Below are positions 40,430-50,037 of a stretch of DNA of 64,000 nucleotides, piece after piece. This DNA comes from Candidatus Thiodiazotropha sp. (ex Epidulcina cf. delphinae) (GTDB lineage Bacteria; Pseudomonadota; Gammaproteobacteria; Chromatiales; Chromatiaceae): NCBI GenBank assembly GCA_025656505.1, contig JAHXHR010000003.1:1051-65050 (forward strand). The letters run 5' to 3'. The position numbers were made by a program, and so were the translations under genes. The notes beneath the pieces were generated by a model. The model saw only the letters and a program-made list of their open reading frames with translations, searched no databases and was not told where the DNA came from. The number at the start of each line of letters is the position of its first letter. Position 1 is the first letter of the stretch.

Positions 40430-41008
40430 ATGAGCATAAGCAAAAGCGCTCTGCCGCTGACCCATGCCAAGAGGAGTCAGCTATTGATCATCAACACCCA
40501 GGAGAAGCTTGCCCGGGCCATGCCCAAGCCCGATCTGGAGCTGATGATCGCCAACATCACCCGGCTCAGTCAGGCCGCCAGTCTGCTGGACGTGCCGATC
40601 ATCCTGTCCGAGCACTACGGTAAAGGCCTGGGAAAAACCCTCCCCGAAATAGCCCAACATCTACCTCCCCATACCAAGGCAAAGGACAAGGTCACCTTTT
40701 CCTGCTGCACCGCACCGGGATTCGAAGAGGAACTCGGCCTGCACGATGACCGTAAGCAGACCATTATTGTCGGTCTGGAGAGCCATATCTGTGTCCTGCA
40801 GACCGCTTCAGGTCTACAACAGTGGGGATACCAGGTCTTCGTGGTCGAGGATGCCATCTCCTCCAGAAATCCGCTGCATCGCAACAACGCCCTCAGCCGC
40901 ATGCGCCAGGGTGGGGTACAGGTCACCAACTGCGAATCAGTGATCTTCGAATGGATGGGCGATGCATCCCATCCGAACTTCAAAGAAGTATCGCAACTTA
41001 TACGATAA
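40430..41008 (+). CDS. isochorismatase-family cysteine hydrolase
   Basis: 192 aa. IIVGLESHICVLQTA catalytic Cys context. Confidence 0.7.
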   Translation: MSISKSALPLTHAKRSQLLIINTQEKLARAMPKPDLELMIANITRLSQAASLLDVPIILSEHYGKGLGKTLPEIAQHLPPHTKAKDKVTFSCCTAPGFEEELGLHDDRKQTIIVGLESHICVLQTASGLQQWGYQVFVVEDAISSRNPLHRNNALSRMRQGGVQVTNCESVIFEWMGDASHPNFKEVSQLIR

Positions 41009-41366
41009 GCCTCGTACGGGACGGTTATCAATCAATCCGCTGAATGCCGGACATACACCCCAAGCCACGCAGAGACGGCTTGGCGTCTCGCCCGGAAGGG
41101 GGCTCATCCATGCCTCAATCCGGTCTGTTTTTGACCCAGATCAAGTTCTCCCCCGGTTGAAAGGAAAAAATCGCCGGATTATTTGTCTCATAGACCGGAA
41201 ATGGCTATGGTTAAGGGGCAGTCGAGGCGCACTCCACAGGTGAATTCCGACCTCACAGGCTTGATACTGCCCCGAATCCGGGCCAGACGATGTTCGGAGC
41301 CGCATGTGATCTGCGCAGTGGATTTGGATCGGCTGAATACCCCTTTTTATGACCATGGAGTGATAC

Positions 41367-42143
41367 ATGGAGAGTCTTGCTGAGAACTTTTCACGCTATT
41401 TTCGTCCCCGCTATGCTGTCACCCGACACCAACAGCGATATAGCTACACCATCCGCTATCAGGTATATGCCGAAGAGTTGGGTTGGGAGCCCCTGAACGA
41501 CCATCGACTCGAAACGGATGATTGTGATGACTATGCTCACCACTGCCTGTTGGAACACAAACGAACCGGCGATATTGCCGGAAGCGTGCGCCTGGTGGTT
41601 CCGCCGGCAGGCAGGCGCGATGCCTGTTTGCCCCATCAACTGCACGGCATCTCCTCCATCAACTCCGACAAGCTGGACCGACTCTCACCTGACAAAGTCG
41701 GCGAGATATCGAGACTGGCGGTGCTGAACAACTTCCGGCGCCGGCCCAATGAGACGGGCAAGCCGTTTATTCTCGGCAAGCACAACACCAACACGATCTT
41801 TACCGAAAAGGAGAAACGCAACTTTCCCAATATCTCCATCGGCCTATACCTTTCCGCCATAGCCATGGTGGATCTGTGTGATCTCGATCTGGCGTTGGTG
41901 GTGATGGAGCCCAGGCTGCAACGCCATTTAAAACGCTTCGGACTGTTTTTTCATCAAATCAGCAGCCCTTTCGAATTCAGAGGCCAGCGGGCGCTGTTCG
42001 AACTGCCGGGCAACAAGCTGACCAGTCACATGAACCCGCAAATCAAGGCCTTCTACGACATGATCCACGAGGATCTCGAGAAACAACCCTGGCACATTCC
42101 ACAGGAGAGACCCCCCTTACAACAATTCAATGATCCGGTTTGA
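41367..42143 (+). CDS. GNAT-fold N-acyl amino acid synthase-like acyltransferase (LuxI/FeeM-like; resembles PEP-CTERM-associated TIGR03694)
   Basis: 258 aa. IRYQVYAEELGWEP...DDYAHHCLLEHKRTGDIAGSVRLV...EISRLAV pattern. The family assignment is from memory. Confidence 0.6.
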   Translation: MESLAENFSRYFRPRYAVTRHQQRYSYTIRYQVYAEELGWEPLNDHRLETDDCDDYAHHCLLEHKRTGDIAGSVRLVVPPAGRRDACLPHQLHGISSINSDKLDRLSPDKVGEISRLAVLNNFRRRPNETGKPFILGKHNTNTIFTEKEKRNFPNISIGLYLSAIAMVDLCDLDLALVVMEPRLQRHLKRFGLFFHQISSPFEFRGQRALFELPGNKLTSHMNPQIKAFYDMIHEDLEKQPWHIPQERPPLQQFNDPV

Positions 42144-43002
42144 CTACCAAACCGCCTTCTCGCGCAATATCGGTTGGGTCAGCGAAGCGGAACAACACCG
42201 CCTGCGTAGCGCCCGTGTTGCGATTGCCGGCATGGGAGGGGTCGGCGGCAGTCATCTGCTGACCCTGACCCGCCTCGGCATCGGCGGTTTTAGCCTGGCC
42301 GACTTTGACAGCTTTGCGGTGGAGAACTTCAACCGTCAGGCGGGGGCCAATCTCAACACGGTGGATCAGCCCAAGCTCGATTGCCTGACGGAGATGGCGC
42401 TGTCGATCAACCCGGAATTGGATATCAAACGCTTTCCCGAGGGTGTACAGCCACGCCAAGCCGAACGATTTCTCAACGATTGCGACCTCTATCTCGATGG
42501 ACTCGACTTCTTCGCAATGCCGGCGAGACTCGCTGTATTCGCCGCCTGTGAACGGCTCGGCATGCCTGCGGTAACCGCCGCCCCACTAGGGATGGGGTCG
42601 GCTTTGCTGTGTTTTTTGCCGGGGGGTATGTCCTTTGAAGAGTATTTTCAGTTGCAGGGACAGGGAGAGTATCAACAATACCTGCGATTTCTTGTGGGCC
42701 TGGCGCCGGCCAGGCTGCATATGGATTATCTCGTATTGCCTGATCGCATCGATCTGGCGGGAAAGAAAGGGCCCTCCACCGCCATAGGCTGCGAATTGTG
42801 CGCGGGTTTCGCAGCCTCCCAGGTCCTGAAACTCCTGCTTGGCAGGGGAAAAGTCCCAGCCGCCCCCTGGGGTTTGCAGTTCGACGCCTACCAAAACCGG
42901 TTGCGCCGCACTTGGCGGCCCGGAGGAAACCGGCATCCGCTCCATCGTCTTGCCATCCGGCTGGGTGAGCGACAATTGCTACAGCGGTCCGAAAAGGATT
43001 GA
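42130..43002 (+). CDS. ThiF/MoeB-family E1-like adenylyltransferase
   Basis: VAIAGMGGVGGSHLLTLTRLGIGGFSLADFDSFAVENFNRQ. No CxxC pairs or rhodanese domain. 14-nt overlap with the preceding gene. Confidence 0.75.
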   Translation: MIRFDYQTAFSRNIGWVSEAEQHRLRSARVAIAGMGGVGGSHLLTLTRLGIGGFSLADFDSFAVENFNRQAGANLNTVDQPKLDCLTEMALSINPELDIKRFPEGVQPRQAERFLNDCDLYLDGLDFFAMPARLAVFAACERLGMPAVTAAPLGMGSALLCFLPGGMSFEEYFQLQGQGEYQQYLRFLVGLAPARLHMDYLVLPDRIDLAGKKGPSTAIGCELCAGFAASQVLKLLLGRGKVPAAPWGLQFDAYQNRLRRTWRPGGNRHPLHRLAIRLGERQLLQRSEKD

Positions 43003-43023
43003 GATGGACGCGAGAGCAGACGG

Positions 43024-43040
43024 TCAACTGAGGATTCTAG
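43024..43040. repeat. MITE-A2 solo terminal repeat
   Basis: TCAACTGAGGATTCTAG equals the right end of 60757-61045. Its CTAG is shared with the start of MITE-B copy 2. Confidence 0.7.
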
Positions 43041-43286
43041 CCCGCATTTCTCACCAGACGGACCGTACTAACAGGAAAACTTATGAAAGTTGAACAGGTT
43101 AGCATCTCTCACCGTATGGCATTCATCGGACAGTCTGTCCTATTTGGTTTTTGGAACAACCAGGCCGAGCCTCTTGAACGACCGGGCTTGAACCATAGGC
43201 CCGGCTATGCTTTTGCGCCCGGTCGTCCAACCTGCTTCGGCCTGGTTGCACCAGAAATCCAAATCCTGGTGAGAAATGCGGGCTAG
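43037..43286. mobile_element. MITE-B copy 2
   Basis: 250 bp with a 21-bp perfect TIR CTAGCCCGCATTTCTCACCAG. Fills the gap between the convergent ThiF-like and PAS genes. Confidence 0.9.
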
Positions 43287-43288
43287 GT

Positions 43289-43813
43289 TCAATGTCCCAG
43301 GGTGTGAATAAACTCCTCATAAGTGGCGCCCTTATCATGTAATAAATCCACCAGCCATTTTACGGAGGCATCAGGCGCATCACGAACCCCGGCCAGATGC
43401 TCGATACGCATCATCTCTTGATAGACCGGCGTGATCGCCTCTATACTCGCCTGGCTGGGTTTACGCCGCACCGAAAAATAACCGGTCGGCCGACCGTCGA
43501 TATCGTGATCGACCGTGACATTGGCAAATACCCAATAGTAGTCCCCCGTCTTTGCCAAATTCTTGACATAGGCAAAACACTCCTGGCCTGCCTCGATGGT
43601 ATTCCAGAGCAGACGGAACACGCCGCGCGGCATGTCGGGATGGCGAATGATGTTGTGCTGCACGTCCAGCAATTCAGACTCAGTATATTTTGCGATCTTC
43701 ATGAACACCCGGTTTGCGTAGGTGATCCGTCCTTTCAGATCAGTCTTGGAGACGATGAAATCGTTATCGTTCATGACGATTTCATGATCGGTGGGAGATA
43801 TTGTACTCTTCAT
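43289..43813 (-). CDS. stand-alone Aer-type PAS domain protein
   Basis: FIVSKTDLKGRITYANRVFMKIAKYTESELLDVQHNIIRHPDMPRGVF (Aer FAD-PAS-like HN..RHPDMP). Confidence 0.8.
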   Translation of the reverse strand: MKSTISPTDHEIVMNDNDFIVSKTDLKGRITYANRVFMKIAKYTESELLDVQHNIIRHPDMPRGVFRLLWNTIEAGQECFAYVKNLAKTGDYYWVFANVTVDHDIDGRPTGYFSVRRKPSQASIEAITPVYQEMMRIEHLAGVRDAPDASVKWLVDLLHDKGATYEEFIHTLGH

Positions 43814-43824
43814 TTACGCACCCT

Positions 43825-44076
43825 CTAGCCCGGATATTTCACCCGGCCGCTGATAATATGAATTAACTTATTGATTTAAAATCTAATATTTAGCATGTTA
43901 GTAAAGTGCAAAGTGTTACCCGACAACGCTGAACGCGCCCTCGTACCGATCTCGTCGTTCAGGGACGATATTTCCCCAATCATCAATAGGTTAGGCTATT
44001 GACTCAATCGCAAATCCGCCCCTGAACGACGAGACCGGCACGATCATCACGTTCCCGGGTGAAACATCCGGGCTAG
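43825..44076. mobile_element. MITE-D full copy (252 bp, TIR CTAGCCCGGATRTTTCACCCGG)
   Basis: Left arm 43825-43846 and right arm 44055-44076 are reverse complements with one mismatch. The terminal CTAG contains the MCP stop (44073-44075). The left end is 12 nt from the PAS ATG. Confidence 0.85.
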
Positions 44077-45509
44077 CCGTGTTTTTCGGTAATCATGGCA
44101 TCGATGCGGTCCATCACTTGATCACTGGAATGCTCCATCTCCTTGTAAGTCTCGAATATCCTGGCCTGCAGCTCTTGATCCTTCTGCCATTCCTGCGTGA
44201 GGTATGCGAGTGCCGCATGGCCCGCCTTATGGACCTCCGCATGCGGCGACTCAAGTTCCCTGAAGGCCGATAGGCGCCCAAACGTTTCCTTGCCGGTCCC
44301 TTCGTAGTACCACTTGCCGAGACGGCAGTTGTGATGATCCACCATGACGGCTTGGGCGTCTGTATTGTCCGTGCCTGCGTAAAACGATTTGTAAACCTTT
44401 TGTTTGTAGATCATGTGATCTACCTTGATCAATGAGGCATAGCAGATATCGTGGGCGAAATCGACGGAGGCGTAAGTCGTTTGCGCCTGCTCGGCGAAGA
44501 CGTTGAAATCGACGTTCATCTCCTCTACGGCGGTTTGCACGCCGTTCGCCATCTCCAGCATTTCGCTTGAGTTGGTCTGCATGATCGCGGTTTCGCTCTG
44601 AAAGGTGGTGACCACCGCACGAATCTCGTCCGTCGCCTTTTTGGTGCTCTCCGCCAGTTTCTTGACCTCATCCGCCACGACGGCAAAACCACGGCCGTGC
44701 TCACCCGCCCTAGCCGCTTCTATGGATGCGTTCAAGGCCAGAAGGTTGGTTTTGTCGGCAATCTCGCTGATCATGCCGAGGATACCGGTGATCTCGTCAC
44801 TCATGGCATTGAGCTGGTCTATGGTCTGGTGGCTTTGCTCGATCATGCCGAGGGTTCTGGTCTGGGAATCGAGCACCTGGGAGACGGCCCCCTGACTCTC
44901 CTGGGCCTTCTGCATATTGTCGGTAGCGATCTGGGAGACTTTCTGCATCTCATTGGTGATGTGCGCCAAGTCATTCTGGCTCAACAGCAGGTTACTCATG
45001 GTCTGACCGGTATTCAGTTCCTGCAGCTTGGCGGCTATCTCGTTACGTTTGATAAAGGTTGCATTGTCAGCCATGGTGTCCAGGGAGCTGTTAATGCGCG
45101 TAAGGCTCTTGCTCAACTCACCATACATGCCTGCGGGCAGCGTGCGTCGATAGTAACGACCTTGGGAGACCAGTTCGAAGCAGGTCTTTACCTCGCGGAA
45201 AAAGGTCTCTAGCTGATCCAGGGATTCATTCAGATTCCAGGCGATGCGTCCCACCTCACCCATCCTGGGAGCATGCGTGATGCGTGAGCCGAACTGGCCC
45301 TCGAGCATCTCCCGCAGAACCTCGTCTACCCGCTTCATGACGATAAAAGGCGTCTTCATGCGGTGGCTGATGACCAATCCGACTATCAGGGTAAGTGCGG
45401 GAAAGAGCCAGAACCAGTGACGGTATCCATCCATCATGAGAACCGACAGGATACTGAGGAGATTCAGCAGTACGAAAACCGCCGCATAGCGTTGTAACCG
45501 AGCCTTCAT
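44073..45509 (-). CDS. methyl-accepting chemotaxis protein with HAMP and C-terminal CZB zinc-binding domain
   Basis: Two close TM segments and a HAMP domain. MA core [43 protein letters not shown] motif [11 protein letters not shown]...HAEVH. Confidence 0.85.
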   Translation of the reverse strand: MKARLQRYAAVFVLLNLLSILSVLMMDGYRHWFWLFPALTLIVGLVISHRMKTPFIVMKRVDEVLREMLEGQFGSRITHAPRMGEVGRIAWNLNESLDQLETFFREVKTCFELVSQGRYYRRTLPAGMYGELSKSLTRINSSLDTMADNATFIKRNEIAAKLQELNTGQTMSNLLLSQNDLAHITNEMQKVSQIATDNMQKAQESQGAVSQVLDSQTRTLGMIEQSHQTIDQLNAMSDEITGILGMISEIADKTNLLALNASIEAARAGEHGRGFAVVADEVKKLAESTKKATDEIRAVVTTFQSETAIMQTNSSEMLEMANGVQTAVEEMNVDFNVFAEQAQTTYASVDFAHDICYASLIKVDHMIYKQKVYKSFYAGTDNTDAQAVMVDHHNCRLGKWYYEGTGKETFGRLSAFRELESPHAEVHKAGHAALAYLTQEWQKDQELQARIFETYKEMEHSSDQVMDRIDAMITEKHG

Positions 45510-45818
45510 AGTTCACACACCTTTGTTCAGTGACGGCATGACTCCAATGCGCTACGGATGCCTTGACGGCATCCCCGGAGCCCGCCCGTTTTCCGCACTT
45601 CACAGCAGCGTAAAGCGTTGCGGAAATAGAGGTGGCGGCATCCTGACTTGGTTTCCGCCTGACAAACATGTATGAACACCCGGTTTGTGGAGGTTATCCT
45701 CTCCCTAGTGTACCTTGTCATCATGGCGCCCGATCTTACCTCCGGACCTGTTATTGCTACCTGGTTTTTCATACCCCATCCCTCAGATATTTATGCGGGT
45801 AAATACCCGGTCGGTCGT

Positions 45819-45986
45819 CTTAGGGGGTGTTCTCAATCATCGTTCGCGGCGTGATTCCGGCCCTTTTCCGCGCCGGCGGCGTTGCGATTCGTTGCAATAG
45901 AATGACTATTGCGCCTCATCGCGCCTTGCCGGCACGAAAAATGACTCAGAATCACGCTCACTCAGCTAATTGAGAACGCCCCCTAG
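45819..45986. mobile_element. MITE-C copy 3
   Basis: Same orientation as copy 1, with a few substitutions. Ends CTTAGGGGGTG... / ...CGCCCCCTAG. Confidence 0.9.
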
Positions 45987-46295
45987 GATCTGTTAACACT
46001 ATATCGCCGATTTCATTGGTATCTTTAGAATTCGCTGACCTCATGCTGTCGTTCCGCTACCTCGGGATTCGTCCAGGCAAGTCATCTTGGAGAAGCGGCG
46101 CATGAATACATCGTTCACGGAGCGGAGGCTGGAATCCGGTCAGTCGTTGAGGCACATACAGTGAAAGGAGGCTCTCGCCAAGAAGACAGTCTCTGAGGAT
46201 CATTCGCGGGCTTGGGGCGAGCATTTCTTTTCCTCTTATGATCGCTGCAAGAGTCCTGTTACTATTAACCCGGCAACCTGGATGAACCTACATAA

Positions 46296-46305
46296 GGGGG
46301 GGGGG
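46296..46305. repeat. G10 homopolymer tract
   Basis: Ten consecutive G, ending 3 nt before ATG 46309. It lies inside the alternative N-terminal extension from ATG 46282 (codons K-G-G-G). Confidence 0.95.
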
Positions 46306-46308
46306 AAG

Positions 46309-47019
46309 ATGTCTGGAAATACGATCCGTCGCCGCATGGGCTTTGCCCTTGTCTGCCTGTTGTCGGCCTCGCAGCCCCTGGTGTCGGAAGAACGGGATCC
46401 TCGCTACGACCTGGTCAACTTGAGCGCACAGGCTTCCTCAGAGGTGGAAAACGACACCCTGATCGCCGTACTGTATGCGCAAAAGGAGGGCGATGATCTC
46501 GCCCCGTTGACCGGGAGCGTCAATCGCCTGGTCGCCCAGGGCATCGACGAGGCGAAGCGCAGCAAGGGCGTCAAGGTCCAGACCCTCGACTACCTGACCT
46601 CCCCCATTTATCAGCAACAGCGCCTCTCCGGCTGGCGTGTGCGCCAATCGATCCGCCTGGAGAGCCTGCAGAGCGACAAGTTGAGCGAACTGCTGAGCAA
46701 ACTGCAATCGAGCCTGGCCCTGGAGTCGGTCAGCTATGCCATCTCTCCCGCACGTCGCAGGCAGGTGGAGGATTCCCTGACACAGCAAGCCATAGACGCC
46801 TTTCGCCGGCGGGCAGAGCTGATAACCCATCAGTTGGGCCGCAGCCAATACCGGTTGGTGGAGATGACCGTTCAGACATCCGGCCAACCGGTTCAGCCAT
46901 TGCGCATGCGTGCAAGCATGATGGCTATGGAGCGCGCCTCCGCCGCTCCAACCCTGGAGGCCGGCAGCCGCACTGTGCAGGTCGGGATCACCGGGAGCAT
47001 CGAGTTGCAGGTACACTAG
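46309..47019 (+). CDS. SIMPL/DUF541-family periplasmic protein
   Basis: Signal peptide MSGNTIRRRMGFALVCLLSA. SIMPL-like pattern ...LVNLSAQASSEVENDTLIAVLY...VQVGITGSIELQ. An alternative ATG lies at 46282. Confidence 0.7.
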   Translation: MSGNTIRRRMGFALVCLLSASQPLVSEERDPRYDLVNLSAQASSEVENDTLIAVLYAQKEGDDLAPLTGSVNRLVAQGIDEAKRSKGVKVQTLDYLTSPIYQQQRLSGWRVRQSIRLESLQSDKLSELLSKLQSSLALESVSYAISPARRRQVEDSLTQQAIDAFRRRAELITHQLGRSQYRLVEMTVQTSGQPVQPLRMRASMMAMERASAAPTLEAGSRTVQVGITGSIELQVH

Positions 47020-47030
47020 TGCCGCTTAAA

Positions 47031-47137
47031 CCTAAAAACCGCAGTTGACCACTCCATCCTGATACTGAACTACTGATAGGCAAACCATTGGCTTCGATGT
47101 GCCGATTCACCTGCCGGGTGATCCACGCTACGGGCTT
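47031..47137. repeat. MITE-A right-half fragment overlapping the 3' end of the histidine kinase gene
   Basis: CCTAAAAACCGCAGTTGACCACTCCATCCTGATACTGAACTACTGATAGGCAAACC...ATTCACCTGCCGGGTGATCCACGCTACGGG matches the reverse complement of the 54390-54509 region. The kinase stop (47128-47130) lies inside it. Confidence 0.75.
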
Positions 47138-50037
47138 CTCCAGGTAGTGGTCGACACCTTGGTTCCACGCGGGAGTTGATGCGCCTTGCCGTCCGAATCC
47201 CGGCGGGTGATCACCTGGGATTCATCGCCGCCGAAATAGGGTAGGAAAAAGAGCCTGAAGCGAGTCCCGGCATCCGCGCTTGACTCGACCTTCACATGGC
47301 CTTGATAGCGCTGCAATGACACCTGCACCGCAGCCAATCCCATACCGTCCCGTTTCTCCCCCGACAACTTAGTGGTGAAAAAAGGATCGAAAAGCCTGCT
47401 GAGCTTGTCCTTTGCAATCCCCGGACCGTTATCAACAACACACAACTCCACGCGATCGCCGAGCACCACGCCTCCGCAAACGGTACACACCAAGTCGAGA
47501 CCGCGCCTGAAACTCAGGTCGACACTGATCTCGCCTTTATCCCCCAACCCGTCTCTGGCATTGATGCAGAGATTCATCAACATCCGGTTGAGGTGGATGG
47601 GATCGATCAACGCCTTCGGCAGGTTTTCCTCGCAACGGTTTTGGATTCGGATACCCGCCGGCAGTGCGACCCGCAGCAGCTTTAGCGTCTCTGCGACCAA
47701 CTGTGACATATCCAGGGCGACCACATCCCGGTTCGAACCGCCCCGGCTGACGGTGATGAGCCGGGCAATCAAATCATGCCCTCGCATCGCCGCTTCGCTG
47801 ATGCCTTGCAGATAGGCCTGTAACTTCTCCTGAGAAAGGGTCTCGGCGCGCCTGGCCAGATCGGCAAACCCCAGAATGGGTACAAGAATATTATTCAGGT
47901 CATGGACCACGCCACCGGCCAATTCACCGATAGCCTCGGGTTTTCGGATCTGGCGCATGGCATCCAGGACGCGCTCCCGCTCTTGCTCGGCATGCTTTTG
48001 CCGGGTAATGTCCTGAATGGTGCCGATCACCTTGAACGGTTGACCGCTCTGCCCATGAATACGCCCACGACCGACGACATAGCGCATCTCGCCATCCGGG
48101 GTGATGATTCGATGCTGATGGATGAACTCCGACAGTTGACCGCTTTTAACAGCCTCTCTGTTGTGCAGCATCTGCGGCCTGTCATCCGGGTGACAGCGTT
48201 CCAACAGGAGTCCGAAATCAGGTTCGGTCACCGTCTCATCAACACCGAGGATACGGTAGAAGACATCTGACCAATGCATGCGATCCGTTTCCGGATCATA
48301 GGCCCAGGTACCCAGATTCGAGATCCGCTCCGCATTCTCGAGAATCAGCAAGGTCTCTTGCAGCTCCTTGCGGGCGCGGTATTCCATCGTGATGTCGCGC
48401 CCCACACCGATCAGTCCCATCACCTTGTCGTCAGGCCCGCGGTAGGGGGTCTTGACGATATCCAACAGCACCCTGCGACCGTCGGGATATTCCATCCACT
48501 CTTCACATCGCATGGGCATACCGCTGTGTAGAATCCGGCCGTCCTGCTCATGAAACATCCTCGCCTGGGCCTCCGGCAGGATATCCCGGTCGCTACTGCC
48601 CACCATTTTGCTCTCCGGGGTGGCGACCAGGCTTTCGAACGCCTTGTTGCAACCAAGATAGATCTGCGCCTTATCCTTGAAGAAGATCAGATCCGGGATG
48701 GTATCGATCAGGGTGCGCAGCAGGGCGCGATCGCTGGCCAGACTCTGTTCGAACCGGTGACGCATGATATCCCGGTCCAGGCCATCGAGCGCAAAACTGA
48801 GATCGGACGCCATCTCTCGCAGGAGTTGCAGGCCGTCCTCCACCAGCCCTGCGTCATCCGACATCACCACCAGACCGCCGACATGGGCGCCGCTGCGCCG
48901 AACCGGAAAGGCCGCGCCTGCGGTAAAACCGTTCAGTTGCGCCTCCGAAAACCAATGGCTGTCACGATGGCAATCATCGGCAAAGTTGACGATAGCCTCC
49001 TCTCCGGATTTGACGGCCTGGACCAGGGGGTCGTTTTCCAACCCCACGTGCTTGCGCACCGTCTCCAACCAACCGGCTTCGTCCCCTGCAATGTGAGCGA
49101 TCTTCAAGGCATTGGTGCGCTTATCCACGAAACCGATCCACACCAGCTTGATGCCGGCGTTGACCGCAACTTCACAGACATCGCTCAATAGCATCGCCTC
49201 ATCACCCGTCCGCACGATCGACTGATTGGTATCGCTGAGGGCTTGATAGAGTATGCGTTGGCGCATCAGGGCTGCATGACGCCGTGAGAGCTCCTGCCCC
49301 ATGAAGTTGAAACTGCATGCCAACTCCGACAGCTCGGCCAACTCAAAGCCGCCTCGCTCATTCAACCGATGCTCGGTATCGCCGGCGGCCACCGCCCTGG
49401 CGGCTGCCGAGAGGCGCGTCAGGGGCCGGGTGACGGACCGGGCGGTCCAGAACCAGAGCATGAGGGAGAAGATCAGCACCACAATCACCGCCGCCAAGGT
49501 CTGAGCCATGGCGGCTTGGGAATGTTTGGCAAGCTCCTCCCGCAAATCCAGTTCGAGAAACAGCCAACCCCGGCCGGCCGGCGCATCCGGTCGTGCATCG
49601 ACGGTGACGGCTATCGGCTGATAAACAACGACCCGCATCCCTGCTCCTTCGAGACGCACCAGACGCTCACCATCGGGTGGCCATTGACCGACCAGTCCCG
49701 GATCGATGTCCGGCAGCGCGTTGCCGATCCAGGCTTCTCGGGAGGCGAGGAACATCCTTTGCTGCCCATCGAGACCGAAGGCGCGGGAAAAACAGGGAAA
49801 AACCGCCATGCTGGCCATCGCCTGACGGGCGATCTCCACCTGCCCTTGAGCCAAACCGTACTCGATGAATCGATAAAGGCTGTCGATAATCATCTCGGCG
49901 CGCTTCATATATCTTGCCTGCAATGCCCCTCTTTCCACCCGATAGTGCCAAAACGATAGACCCAGAATCGGCGGCACAATAAAGGCTACCAGGGCCAACG
50001 GCATCAACCAGCGCAGCGATAGCTTGCCGATCATCAT
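47128..50037 (-). CDS. sensor histidine kinase (periplasmic sensor, HAMP, GAF, two PAS, HisKA, HATPase)
   Basis: Start at ATG 50037 (MMIGKLSLRWLMPLALVAF...). The upstream 47 codons of the ORF lie in MITE-A. H-box GGVVHDLNNIL. HATPase ...VVDNGPGI...GMGLAAV. Confidence 0.8.
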   Translation of the reverse strand: MMIGKLSLRWLMPLALVAFIVPPILGLSFWHYRVERGALQARYMKRAEMIIDSLYRFIEYGLAQGQVEIARQAMASMAVFPCFSRAFGLDGQQRMFLASREAWIGNALPDIDPGLVGQWPPDGERLVRLEGAGMRVVVYQPIAVTVDARPDAPAGRGWLFLELDLREELAKHSQAAMAQTLAAVIVVLIFSLMLWFWTARSVTRPLTRLSAAARAVAAGDTEHRLNERGGFELAELSELACSFNFMGQELSRRHAALMRQRILYQALSDTNQSIVRTGDEAMLLSDVCEVAVNAGIKLVWIGFVDKRTNALKIAHIAGDEAGWLETVRKHVGLENDPLVQAVKSGEEAIVNFADDCHRDSHWFSEAQLNGFTAGAAFPVRRSGAHVGGLVVMSDDAGLVEDGLQLLREMASDLSFALDGLDRDIMRHRFEQSLASDRALLRTLIDTIPDLIFFKDKAQIYLGCNKAFESLVATPESKMVGSSDRDILPEAQARMFHEQDGRILHSGMPMRCEEWMEYPDGRRVLLDIVKTPYRGPDDKVMGLIGVGRDITMEYRARKELQETLLILENAERISNLGTWAYDPETDRMHWSDVFYRILGVDETVTEPDFGLLLERCHPDDRPQMLHNREAVKSGQLSEFIHQHRIITPDGEMRYVVGRGRIHGQSGQPFKVIGTIQDITRQKHAEQERERVLDAMRQIRKPEAIGELAGGVVHDLNNILVPILGFADLARRAETLSQEKLQAYLQGISEAAMRGHDLIARLITVSRGGSNRDVVALDMSQLVAETLKLLRVALPAGIRIQNRCEENLPKALIDPIHLNRMLMNLCINARDGLGDKGEISVDLSFRRGLDLVCTVCGGVVLGDRVELCVVDNGPGIAKDKLSRLFDPFFTTKLSGEKRDGMGLAAVQVSLQRYQGHVKVESSADAGTRFRLFFLPYFGGDESQVITRRDSDGKAHQLPRGTKVSTTTWRSP

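Noticed and set aside
43083-43286. Near-identical 67-aa ORFs in both MITE-B copies (also 21879..22082)
   Set aside because: The ORF ends exactly at the terminal CTAG. Six of the roughly seven nucleotide differences between the copies within the ORF change the amino acid, so there is no sign of purifying selection. I treat it as non-coding element sequence.
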